Source: Azolla caroliniana | Lineage: Eukaryota > Plantae > Polypodiophyta | NCBI GenBank assembly: GCA_043228905.1 | Contig: JBHGNT010000005.1 | Span: 11,036,001-11,100,000, forward strand | Reading direction: 5' to 3' | DNA: 64,000 nt | Shown: positions 39,854 to 52,456 of the stretch, piece by piece | Layout of the letters: the number at the start of each line of letters is the position of its first letter | Numbering within the stretch: position 1 is the first letter of the stretch | Program-made: the position numbers and the translations under genes | Notes under the pieces: generated by a model | Told to the model about the DNA's origin: nothing | Database searches by the model: none | What the model saw: only the letters and a program-made list of their open reading frames with translations

Positions 39854-40515
39854 TGTCGTGATGTGGCATGTCTAGTGCGAGAAAAACTCAAAAATTGAGG
39901 ATCCACACACATTTCACGAATACTTGTAAAAATGAAAATAAATAACCCTAGGTCACAATGGCATTGAGTGCATGTAGAGGGTTGCAAGTAGGATTTGAAC
40001 CTTGCACCTCTAAGGTAAGAGGCAATTACCTTACCACTAAAGCTACTACGAAGTGCTTTAGATGTTCTATATTTCTTTCTCATATTCAGTATTCCGTAGG
40101 AAACAAACGAACAAAACCGTGTACACAAAACCACGGTTTTAAGCCCATGGTTTCCTGCATGTCACAAAGCAAAACTGTGTGCACAGAAACCATGGCTCCA
40201 AGCCCATGGTTTTGTGCATGGAAAAACCTATAAAACCCTAATACGGCTTGTGTAAGGGGGGGCTCAATATGATATGACCATCATCATCACCATCAATAAT
40301 ATAAGCTTCTATTTCTTCTTCTTCGCATCTATCTTGTAATTATTTATCTACTTCTCAAAGTGTACAATCTTCAATCTTCTCAAGTGTAATAGGTCTTCCT
40401 CCAATCTTACATTCACATCGTCCTCTTCTCAATACCTTGACGGACATCTTCCTTGGTCCAAGACCCCGGTGGTCCCGCTCAAGCGAAGCACGCTCGCACG
40501 CGCATCTTCACGACA
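39854..40515 (+). mobile_element. Solo LTR P (K-related family) in the gag of K
   Basis: TGTCGTGA...TCACGACA termini. Perfect 4-bp TSD GCGT. The 3' end resembles the K LTR (CCCCGGTGGT..ATCTTCACGACA). Confidence 0.9.
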
Positions 40516-40781
40516 GCGTGAGCCTTTGAGATGCGATCCGACAAAATATCGTATACATAGATGACAACATGATCTGCTAGACTGAAACTCGAAGACCGTT
40601 GCGGGTGAATTTCGGAAGAGGGGGAATGAAGAAATCTATGAAAGATGTTGAGGTGACTCATGTGGATGCGATGCACTGTGCTGCAATAGCCGGAATAAGA
40701 GTCGGGAAAGACACAAATGAAGTTGCGAAAGTGGGAGCAAAGTTTTGGTCTTCTGTTCTCGAAAGAGACCGTGGTAGCCTT

Positions 40782-43700
40782 TGTCGAATACGAGTGTATA
40801 ATGGCCGTATTCACACTATCCCTTTGGACAGCCCAAGTTTGGGCTATTTATGTAAATAGCATAAAGGGCAGTTGCCGTAGGATAGTCACTATATAAAGTG
40901 ACTTTGTAACCTTTAGTAAAAGGTGGTTGTCATTTGTAATTGTTGCTATTAAGAAATAAATCGTTTCTTTGTGCCGATCTCTCTCTCTCTCTCTCTCTGT
41001 GTATCTTGTTCATTCTCATATACAGGTCCTTCAACATCACAGATGTTGTTTGTTCTTCCGCACTGACGACCTTGTCCCCAACATTTGGTATCAAAGCATT
41101 GGAGGTTCTTCAACCCGTTGCCAGCCGTCATAGTACACCACACAACACTTTGTTTTTGTTTTTCTTGAAGAATAGAGAAGAGAGAAGACAAACAAGAAGT
41201 CTGCATCTCACTGTGTTAAATCACTAATTGGAGTAAGCTAGCCGGTTGTACTCTGTCCCTGTGATTGTAACCACTTGAGGTGAGCTCCTTGTACAACACC
41301 CGACCCAATCGTGCTTCATTTGGTTAAACAACATCCGAATAGGTCACCAAACGCTATTCACCCACTTGTTGTAACCACCCGTTGCAAATTGGTCTCCAGG
41401 CAACAAGTAAATTCATGCTTCATTCGGCTTATCGACATTCGGGAGGATCAGTTGGATCCGTCCCTCTCATCGCTGCAGTCATTCGAATCAGAATCGGCCT
41501 AAAAAATCGGTCTTTTGTGATCGGTATTCGGCATACAATCGGAAGCTAACTAGAGTCACTCCAAGAAGGTTAAGCAAACAAGTATCCGAAACCAAACCGA
41601 CTAGAATGATATCGGGTGATCTGACCAGCTGCACCCAACTAAGGTTCCCAGTCAACTCCAAACAGAGTCTTACCAACCGAAACCGAATCAGATGGCATCA
41701 ACATTCGGCTCATCGGAGATGAGTCCAAGGAGGTTCGACTGTTTGAACTTCAACTTTTGGAAGGAACAAATGTAGGACTATCTCATAGTCAAGGGGCAGA
41801 TAGACCTGATTGAGAATGAAAATCCTCCAGAAGCATACAAGGAAAATGAGTGGCTAAAGCTGGATAGAATCGTCCGCGCCATGATTCGGATGCACTTGTC
41901 GGAGTCAGAGTACTTCACAGTGCAATCATGCTCGACAACTTTTGAACTTTGGAAAACACTGTCAGAAACTTATGAAAAGAAGGTCACCGCAACGAAGATG
42001 TATTTGATTTGGTACCTCTACAACTTGCGGATGAAAGAATTCGATTCAGTTCAGGCACACCTCAATGAGTACGAAAGCCTAAGCTCCCAAATATCGTCTC
42101 AGGGGACAACAATAGAGGATGAACTCAGAGCAATGATACTCATGAGTAGTCTCCCCTCTTCTGGGAAACTTTCATCACTACCGTGTGCAATGCTTCAACA
42201 ACTGCCATTAAGTACTCCGAAATCACGAGCGCAATCCTGACTGAAGCAGCTCGGAGAAAGTCTTTCACCAAAGACTTGGAAGATGAAGCTTACATAGTAC
42301 AAGGTTCGACCGACCGATCGAACAACCGGGGAAGAAGTTCTTTCCGACCCCCAAACAATCAACGAAGCCGGAGCAAGTCCCGGGACAACCGAATCTGCAA
42401 CTACTGCAAGAAACCGGGACACATCAAAACCGATTTCCGGGCACTCAAAGCAAAAACCGACAACGCTCAGAAGAGTAGCCGGCATGAGGAGGTCAACTAC
42501 GTCGGCTCTTCAGCCAAAATTTTGATGACCCACCCGAACATACTGTCCATAGAGAACCTAGTCGAATCAGAAGCTCTGCTTACGACTCAGGAATCGAGCA
42601 CATGGCTCCTGGACTTGGGTGCATCGTATCATGTGACACCTCACCGATCTCAGTTTCGACAATACTCGGACCGGCACTCCGACTCAATTCGAGTCGGGAA
42701 CTCGCAACACTGTGCCATAATCGGAATTGGCACCGTAGAGCTCAACCTTCCAGGTGGCTCTACACTCATACTACACAACGTCTGACACATTCCTGAGTTT
42801 TCAAGACCCTTGATCTCAGTTGGACAACTTGACGAAGCTGGCATCCATGCCGGGTTCTCATTAGGAGGGTGGACACTCGACCAAGGGAACCTCCTGCTTG
42901 CTTGAGGACCAAAGGTACACTCGTTGTACCCTTTATATGTCACACTCAAAGAGGGTGACTTATTTTTGGTTGATATCCCCGTGTCATCGTTATGGCATGG
43001 ACGACTTGGACACCTTAGCAAGGCCGGCATAACGCACCTATCTAGAGCCGGTTACATCCCCAAGCTCTCCTTCTCGGATCACCAATTCGGCGAGCATTGC
43101 CAGTACGGCAAACAGGTAGCCGAATGACACTCGACATCAGCACCAAGAGAATCGAGTCCCCTTGATTTGGTCCACTCGGACATTTGTGGCCCGATGCCAC
43201 ATCAGTCTCTCGGCGGTGGTTCGTACTTCGTCAGTTTTATTGACGACTCGACTCGGAGGTGTGGGCTTTACCCCATTAGAACCAAAGATCGGGTGTTCTC
43301 GATCTTCTCTGAATGGCTTGCAATGGTCGAAAACCAGACCGGTCGGAAACTAAAATGTCTTCGAACCGATAATGGAGGAGAATTCAAGTTTGACGAATTC
43401 GTCAAATTCTACCGGGAACATGGCATTTGACGTGGATATACGACACGCTATAGTCCGGAGCAGAACGGAATTGCTGAACGCATGAATCAGACGATTCAAG
43501 AACGCATAATATCCATGCTCCAACACTCCAGACTGTTGGATGGCTTCTGTGCGGAGACTCTACTTACGGCAGTACACATAATAAATATGTCACCAAGTAG
43601 ACCTCTAGGACTTAAAATACCTTAGGAAACATGGACCGACAGTAAGCCAAATTATGACAAGCTGAGGATCTTCGGCTGCTAGGCGTATGCCCTCATATCA

Positions 43701-46138
43701 AAAGACGACCGCCGAAAACTCGAACCAAGATCAAGGAAATGCACTTTTCTTGGATATGGACCCGACGGAGAGATCGGATACCGATTCTGGGACCCCGAGC
43801 ACAGACAAATCCTTCAAAGTTCGGACGTTGTGTTCAACGAGTCGGCTATGCATAAAACAGCCGAAAGGCCTATTGAAGTCCGAAGGGTAATATTTTCCGA
43901 AGTGCCAACCCCTCATGAAGGCCCAACCCACAACACGAGATCGGTTTCACGGGTAACCGACACCTCTCGTGCTGAATCCACCAATTCAACATAGCCGAAT
44001 GGCTCGACTTCCGACCATCCGAAACCTATACTCAATGCGACTAGTCCAGTCATACCTCAAAGATCCGAGAGACTGTCACAACCTCCGGAAAGGTACTCTC
44101 CAAGAATTTTCTTTACCGACGTCTTACGAAGAAGCATCGGCATCTGCCGACTCAGCCACCTGGCATTTGCCGATGGAGTCGGAAATGCACTCCATTCGTG
44201 CAAACAAGACTTGGGACTTGGTCGAATTACCGACGAATCGACGTACTCTTCCATGTAAGTGGGTCTATTGACTAAAAGAGACGTCTGACTCGATCAACCC
44301 AAAGTACAAGGCCAGATTAGTTGTGAAGGGATTTCGACAAGAATATGGCGTCGACTTTGACGAAATCTTTTCACGAGTGGTTAAAATGACAACCCTTCGT
44401 TTGATGCTCGGCGTCGTGGCCGCCGACAACTTGGAGTTGATTCACTTAGATGTAAAAACGACATTCCTCCACGGTGACCTATAGTAGGAAATCTATATGG
44501 AGCAATCGAAAGGCTTTGTGGCATCCAGCCAGGAACATCTAGTCTGCCGACTTAGGAAGAGTTTATACGGCCTGACACAGGCACCGCGACAGTGGTACAA
44601 GAAGTTCGACGACTTCATCCAGTCGGTCAGCTTCTCCAAGAGCGATGAGGACCACTATCTCTTCACCAAAGCAGCTCAAGACGGGTCTCCCATCTTCCTC
44701 ATCATTGACGTGGACGACATGCTACTCTCCGGCCAACATGCCGGACAACTCACCGAACTCATTCAGAAACTGCGGCTGAAGTTTGCCATGAAGGACCTCG
44801 GTCCGGCAAGACACATACTTGGTATGAAGATTAGTCCACATCGTGATAAACAACAACTTTTCCTATCTCAAACCGACTATATCGGACGTGTCTTGGAACG
44901 CTTCAACATGCACTCGGCCAAGTTTGCTTCGACCCCGCTCCCCATTAACCTTCAGCTGTCTCAGCGAGACTACCCGACATCCGGTCCAGAGGGGGAAGAT
45001 ATGAAGTCACAACATGGCCTAATATTTCTCACGCCGTAGGAGTCGTCAGTAGATTCATGCACAACCCAAGCCGATCGCATTGGAACGTAGTCAAGCATGT
45101 GTTCAGATATCTAGCTGGCACAAAAGACCACGACATTCTTTTTGGCCCGAACTCAACCTCAGGCGTAGTCAGTTACACCGATCGGACTTCGCCGGCTGCG
45201 TGGACAATCGGAAATCAACAACAGGATATTGTTTCAAATTCGGCAATGGAGCAATCTCGTGGAAGTCAAAACTTCAGGAGTGCACAACCACCTCAACGAC
45301 CGAAGCGGAATATGTAATTGTGTCCAACGTGGCAAAAGAAGCTTTATGGCTTGGTCGGTTGGCGCACACGTTTCGACAAGTCGACCTCGACTCGACTCCA
45401 CTTGTCTACAACGACAGTCAGGGTGTTGTTGCTTTGTCAAAAAATCCGGTTCACCACAACGCCTCCAAGCATATCGATGTTCAATATCATTTTGTTTGGG
45501 ACTGCATCATTTCAGGGAAAATTGGTCTTGAGAAGATATCCATAATCGATAATGTCGCAGATGGAATGACCAAGTGTCTTTCGGCGGATCGCTTCCGGTT
45601 TCTTCGGCATCAGATGGGCGTAACGAAAAATCGGTCTGGTTAAAATGTTGGATACACAACATAGGATGGTTTCGGACAACCGACATCGGTTCTTTGAGGA
45701 TCGGCTTCAGCTTTTCTGTCCTGACCCATTCGGCCTTCTGTCTTTAGATCTTGCCGACTCGAACAAAACCGATCTGTCCGATAAACCTTGTATATACCTA
45801 TAATTTAAGATAACCCATGTATACGCTCATTACGGGGGAGTGTCAAATACAAGTGTACAATGGCCGTATTCACACCGTCCCTTTGGACAGCCCAAATTTG
45901 GGCTATTTCTGTAAATAGCATAAAGGGCAGTTGCCCTCGGATAGTCACTATATAAAGTGACTTTGTAACCTTTAGTAAAAGGTGGTTGTCATTTGTAACT
46001 GTTGCTATTAAGAAATAAAACGTTTCTTTGTGTTGATCTTTATGTGTGTGTGTGTATCTTGTTCATTTTCATACATAGGTCCTTCAACATCACAGATGTT
46101 GTTTGTTCTTCCACACATTAACGACCTTGTCCCCAACA
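40782..46138 (+). mobile_element. Full-length decayed Ty1/copia element R (Tork/Tnt1-like), inserted in K just before the protease active site
   Basis: LTRs 40782-41083 and 45841-46138. TSD GCCTT/ACCTT. PBS TGGTATCAAAGC at 41086-41097. PPT ACGGGGGAG. Gag-PR-INT-RT-RH relics 41692-45643. Confidence 0.94.
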
Positions 46139-49100
46139 ACCTTGATTGACCACGGCTCGGAGATCAACCTCATGCCAACTGACTTCTACAAAAAAGGAAT
46201 ATGGCCAATCAATACAAATCACGGATGGAAGATTCGTGCCGCAACAAAGACTACGGAGGACTTGTACGGAGCTTGTCCTAATGTTAAAGTCGTGATCGAC
46301 GATGTGGAGATGAATCAACACTACTTCGTGTAAGAATCGGCGTCGCATCATGTCATCATAGGACAATTGTATATCACATCATCTCGGATGGAAACCAAAG
46401 TGTTCGACAATGGTGCGGCATTTGGTCGAATAAAGAGTCTTGACAACCAAAGATCCATTCAATTCCTAACGATGCGAGCTAATCATGAAAGAAATCGAGA
46501 TAGTCTTGGAGGCGAATCCTCGAATTTTTAGAACGGACTATTGGAGCATGGGGCACAAATAGTCCGAGCAATCACAAGTCCCCACAAGAAAATAGAGCAC
46601 GTGGATTGCGAGGAGAAGCAACATGTGTCACACCAAGTGACGCATGTAAACTAGTACTACCCGACAAGAAGGACAAGCGTCGGATACAAGATTTCGAGAA
46701 GATATTGAAAGAAGAAAACATAATAGAAGAAGAAGAGTTTGTGACTCATATTATGGAAGTGTTACCCGGCCAGCAAAGGAGCTAAGGACGCCGAGACCAG
46801 GGTGTGAAAAGGGGAATTGTTAATTGGAAATCTGTTGTAATTATTAGTCTTAATATATTAATATATGAGAAGATGTGGACGGACTGACCGAATCAGTATG
46901 CCGATCCGGATCCGGACCGATCCCGAATAGGTGCCGGTTGGCACCATTTTGTACTTTGCACCGATGACCTATATAAAGGCCCTGTTACAATGTAATCATT
47001 AACGGAGAGTAATATAAACCTTTTGTTTAATCATTGAGTATTGTTCACCGTTCTGTGCTTATTGTATATCTTACACGTGTTAATGACGTATTACTAAGTA
47101 ACCGATTAAGGTCCAATTAAGCGTTGTGTCGTAAGTTATCTCGTCGTAACACCCTTTGGTGAAGTACCCCAAGTATGGGGATGACCCGGATGCGGAGGGT
47201 CATGTTCACGCTTTTCAACAAACATGGGAGGCGAACCATGTGTCACAACGGTTAACCGCAACCGAAGAGGAACGATCTAAGATAGCCGAATTCGGCGTGA
47301 CATTGGAAGGACCGGCTGCCAGATGGCACCGGCCGCAGGACCCCAACACCATCACCACCTTTGCGGATCTGAAAGCTAAATTCTTGCACTACTTCCAGAA
47401 GGAGGTGGACCAGAGAGAAATGGTGGGCCTATTTTATACCATCCAGCAGGACCTTGGGAGAGCATTCCGCAGTTTGTCATCCGGTTTCAACGAATGCATA
47501 GTCAGCTTACCCGAGCACCTCCGGAGGAAGAAACACGGGCTATATTCTTAGCCGCGCTCCGGGAACCTCTACGGACGGTATGCACGGTCATCGACTTTCG
47601 CACAAGTACCATCGACCAGGTCATCTACCGGGTTAGAGAAATGGAGAAAACAAGCTCTTGGCTAACAATGGGAGCAGTCCAACGAGCGTTACCAACCGAT
47701 GAGGATCTCCGGTTTTGATAGGCCATTCAATGCACAACATGCCTAAATGCCGGACACTCAGCACTAGAATGCACAATGCGGTCGCAATGTCTACTGTGCC
47801 ATTCCAGGAACCACACAATGGAGCAGTGCGAGCACAATTTGTTGAATTGCCAAGTACCACCGGTTCGACAAATCGAACCACGGAGTACCAAGGAGGAAGA
47901 AGAAGAATGTTGGAGGCGAGAAGAGCGATACCGACCGGCACAGGATGTCCGGTACAGGGACAACCCTGACCGGTATGAGAGATATGATCAGTACCAGGAT
48001 TATAATGGACAGTATGAAAGATACAATCGGGACCTATCCCCCGGTTACAACCAACGACAGGAAGCCTACAGCAGACATGATGACCAGCCCCGTTAAGAGT
48101 ATCAGAACAAAAAGATACGCCATTTCAAGAAAAGGGGTCACCTACGGGAACCAGAGAAGGGTGCCTCAAGCAGCCAACCGAATCAAAGCCCCGCTGTTAC
48201 CGCAGGTCCTCCACCGGGAGCAGGAAACAACGCCGAATCCAACACTACCCGGAAAGCATATTGCTACTATTGCCGACAAGAAGGACATTATAGTAATCAA
48301 TGCCCGACAAAGAGCTATGATAAATGATTGGCAGTGAACATGGTAGTCACCTCGCAGACCTGCAGCAGGTAACCACAAGATCGAAGGGTAAGGCGACGGA
48401 ATGGGAGGCGCAAGAGGCCATCCGCAAGCAGGCAACGGAATGGGTAAAAAAGGCGAATGCGCGAAACATGGCAGAGCTTGCGTAGCAAAAGGAAAATATC
48501 GGAGAGCTCGCCGGCGGCAGTCAGCCCGAAAATGCGACATGGCAGGCATTGCAGGAATGCCAAATCATGCTGCCATTAGGATGGCTCCTGTAGCTAGTGC
48601 CCAGATTCACAGAAGGACTCAAGACAGGCATGACGGCAGGAGAAACACCACCGGCTCCAACATTCTTCTCAAATCCGGAGGAGGGACCAGCGGTAGTAGA
48701 CACAAACAGTCCGGCGATCACAACCATCGTGAAGGGAAAGGAGTTACCCAGAACAGTAATAGATGGAAGATCCGGCGTCAATGTGATTAGCCTCCGAACG
48801 TGCAAGACCTTGGGTATCCAAGAGTGGGAACCATGCCCGTTCTAGTTGTGGATGGCGGATACAAGCTCAGTGCGACCGACCGGCTTGATACGAGATTTGG
48901 ATGTAACGATCGGCGGCCACACATTTCGCATCTTGGCAGTAGTGCTACAACAACAGGCACAAGGAGCTTACCCACTATTGTTGGGGCGGCCGTGGTTGAA
49001 AACAACGCACATTAAACAAAACTGGAGGAAGAATAAAATCACCTTCCAGCGGGGAAAAGCAAAAGTACGGGTACCAACACAACCACGGACGGGTACCGGG

Positions 49101-52100
49101 AAGGAATTTACACCCCTATATGCCGAATGCGTCAATATGCTGGACGGATTAGCAGATGAAGAGGTAGATCAATACTTGCAGGATAATCCGAAGATCGTAC
49201 CTCTGTTCGAAATCGACGTAGCCGAAGCCGTATCACCATACATACTGCCGCCGGACGGAGCCGACGAGGAACCAAATAAAGAAGTGATCCAGGAGCTACG
49301 GCAAGCATAGGAGGCGCTGGAAAGAGAAATGGTCATATCACAACGGGTCAAAGCATCCCAAGTAGAGGAGGTAAATCTAGGAACTACAGAAGAGGCGAGA
49401 GCGGTGCACATCGCCAAGGAAATGACTCCGGAGAACAAAACGGCGATGATTACACTTCTCAAAGAATTTCGGGACGTGTTTGCCTGGTCTTACGAGGATA
49501 TCCAAGGGCTCGATCCTCAGCTATATCAACATCAGATACATTTGAGCAAAGACGCCAAACCGGTAGCACAGCGGCGGTACCGGATGAATCCAAATTACGC
49601 CGCCAAAGTCAAGGAGGAAATTGACAAGTTGTTGAGGGTTGGCTTTATCCGCCCATTAAAGAAATCTACATGCCTGAGCCCGATAGTAGTTGTACCAAAG
49701 AAAAACGGCAAAATTAGAGTTTGTGTCGACTACCGTAAGCTTAACGCGGCGACGGTAACATATGCATTCCCACTCCCATTTACGGATGGAGTTTTGGACG
49801 CAGTCGCCGGCCATGAGGTATACAGTTTCTTAGACGGATTCAACGGATACAACCAGATCCGGATGCACCCCGATGACCAAGAGAAAACGGCTTTCGTCAC
49901 CGAATGGGGAGTGTTTGTTGCCGTAGTAATGATGTTCGGGCTAAAAACGGCGCGGGCAACGTTCCAGAGGATCATCATGGAAACATTCAAAGAATTCATA
50001 CCGGCATTCATGCAGGAGTTTTTGGATGACTTCGTCGTCTATAGCCGGGAAGGGGATCACTTTCAGCACCTCCGACTGTGTCTAGAGAAATGTCGGGCTT
50101 ACCGGCTAAGCTTGAATCCGGCAAAATGTGTATTCGGAGTGTCAAGCGGGGTGCTATTAGGACACATTGTGAGCAAGGAAGGAATTGCCATGGACCCGGA
50201 CAAAGTAAAAGCACTCCTGGAGGCACCGACACCGACAACAGCCAAAGCATTAAGCCGTTTGTTTCTTAGGCCAAATCCGGTGGCATAGCCGAATGCTTCG
50301 GTATCTGCAGACCTAGCTACACCACTGCATGTTGCGGTACAGTGGACCGACACCAAAGACAAGGCGTACCGGGCACTCAAAGTACTATTGTCGCAAGCGC
50401 CGATAGTGCAACCCCCAGATAGGGTTAAGGAGTGTCGTGTGTTCGTAGATGCGTCCGACATTGCAATCGGAAGTGCGCTGATGCAACTTACGAAGCCAAG
50501 GTGGTATCGGCCCGTGTATTACGCAAGCCGAAAGTTATCCCAAGCTGAACGAAATTATTCCACCACGGAAAGGGAAGCTTTGGGCATGATCTACAACGTG
50601 ACAAAATTCAGACATTATTTGCTGGGAAGGAAATTTTCCTTCCACATAGATCATTCAACACTCCTCTATTTAGTTTCCAAAGCGTCACTAACCAGTAAGT
50701 TGGCACGGTGGACGTTACTGTTGTAGGAATTTGAGTTCGAAATATTCCACCGACCCGGCATACATCACGCAGTAGCAGACTATTTCGGTTAGATTCCCGC
50801 GAGATTGGTGACGGAGTCCCAGACGAGTTTCCGGATGCTGAGCTATTTCGAGTCACCGCGGAAACGGCAACAGATGAAATGGTGGCACAAGAAGATAAGT
50901 GGCTAACGAATATGCAACAATTTTTGAACACCGGATTGCCTTCGGAGGAGATGAACCGGGACGAGAGGAAACGCCTGGCACTTCTATGTAGTGCGGGACA
51001 CGCTATACCACAAAGGCGCAGACGGTATATGGTGACGGGCGGTGCGTAGCGACGAGAAGCATATAATACTACGAGAAGCACACTGCAGAGTCGCCGGAGA
51101 TGCTACGGCAAGGAAGATATGGCAGAGTGGCCTATGGTGGCGGACAACATTGAAAGACGCGGTCCGGTACGCTAAAGAATGCGATCTATGTCGACGAATG
51201 GGCCAGCCAAGCGAACAAGCTAGGATGCCGCACCACCCGGTACTGCCGTTAGAACCATTTCAAAAGTGGGGACTGGATTTTGTGGGTCCATTCAAACCAC
51301 TGGCAATGAGAACCGGCAACTGGTATGTGATCGTAGCTAAGGATTACTACACGAAATGGGTAGAAGCCAAAGCCTTGCGCGACAACACCTCAGCATCGAC
51401 GGCGAAATTCTTGTATGAATAGATCTGGTGTAGGTATGGATGCCCAATCGAGCTAATAAGTGACCAAGGAGGGCACTTCCTCGGCCAAGTGGTGGAAAGC
51501 TTGACGTCGTTCTATGCCGTGGTGCATAAACAGAGCACGCCATACTATCCACAAGCAAACGGGTTAGCCGAGTCGACGAATAAAACGCTATAGAATATCC
51601 TTCAGAAAATCGTCAACGAAAACCGGACAGACTGGGATACGAAGTTGCACAGCGCCCTATGGGCTTACCGGACAGCCTACAAAACAAGCATCCAAACCAC
51701 ACCGTTCCGGCTAGCATTCGGATTGGAGGCCGTCATGCCGGTAGAGTTCTAGGTCCCGAGCTTACGGATTCAGATTAGGGAACGGTTAAATGAGAAGGAA
51801 TCAGAGGCGATTCAGTTAGCAGCTCTGTGTGAACTAGAAGAACACCGACTAGCGAGTATCATGCATATGCACCTGGAACTGGAGCAGCGGCGAAGAAAGG
51901 CATTTGTGGATCGCCACCGAAAAGGAAATGAAAAGATGTTTGGAATCGGCAAGCCGGTACTAGTGTTCCAGACCCGGATGGGCAAGATGCCGGGAAATTA
52001 CGGTTTCGGTGGACCAGACCGTACTGGATCACACGCGAGTTCAATGGATCCTACCAGTTAGGGACACTTGCCGGCGAGGTCCTGGGTAGGTGGGTCAACG

Positions 52101-52456
52101 GATTTTGACTAAAGCCATAAAAGGGACCCATGCCGAGGAACCCATTTGAACAAGGAAAGGCCGATGCCGAACCAAATACCGGCATACCGGAAACAACGGC
52201 AACCCGATTAGCAATCGGCAACAACGAAGCCGGTAAGGGGGACAAAGAGCCGGCACACGGGTTGGATAAGAGGACGACAAGATTCCTCATTCAGGTAAGG
52301 GTTCGATAGGACCGGAGACGAATTAACCTAACAATTGATATTAAAAAATAAATAATAAATAAATCGAATCAAATCAAAGAAATCATGCAAAGGAGTGATG
52401 GGAATAGCCATGCAGACAAGGAGTAAAGAGGCACTTCGAAAAGGTACGAGGGGGCT

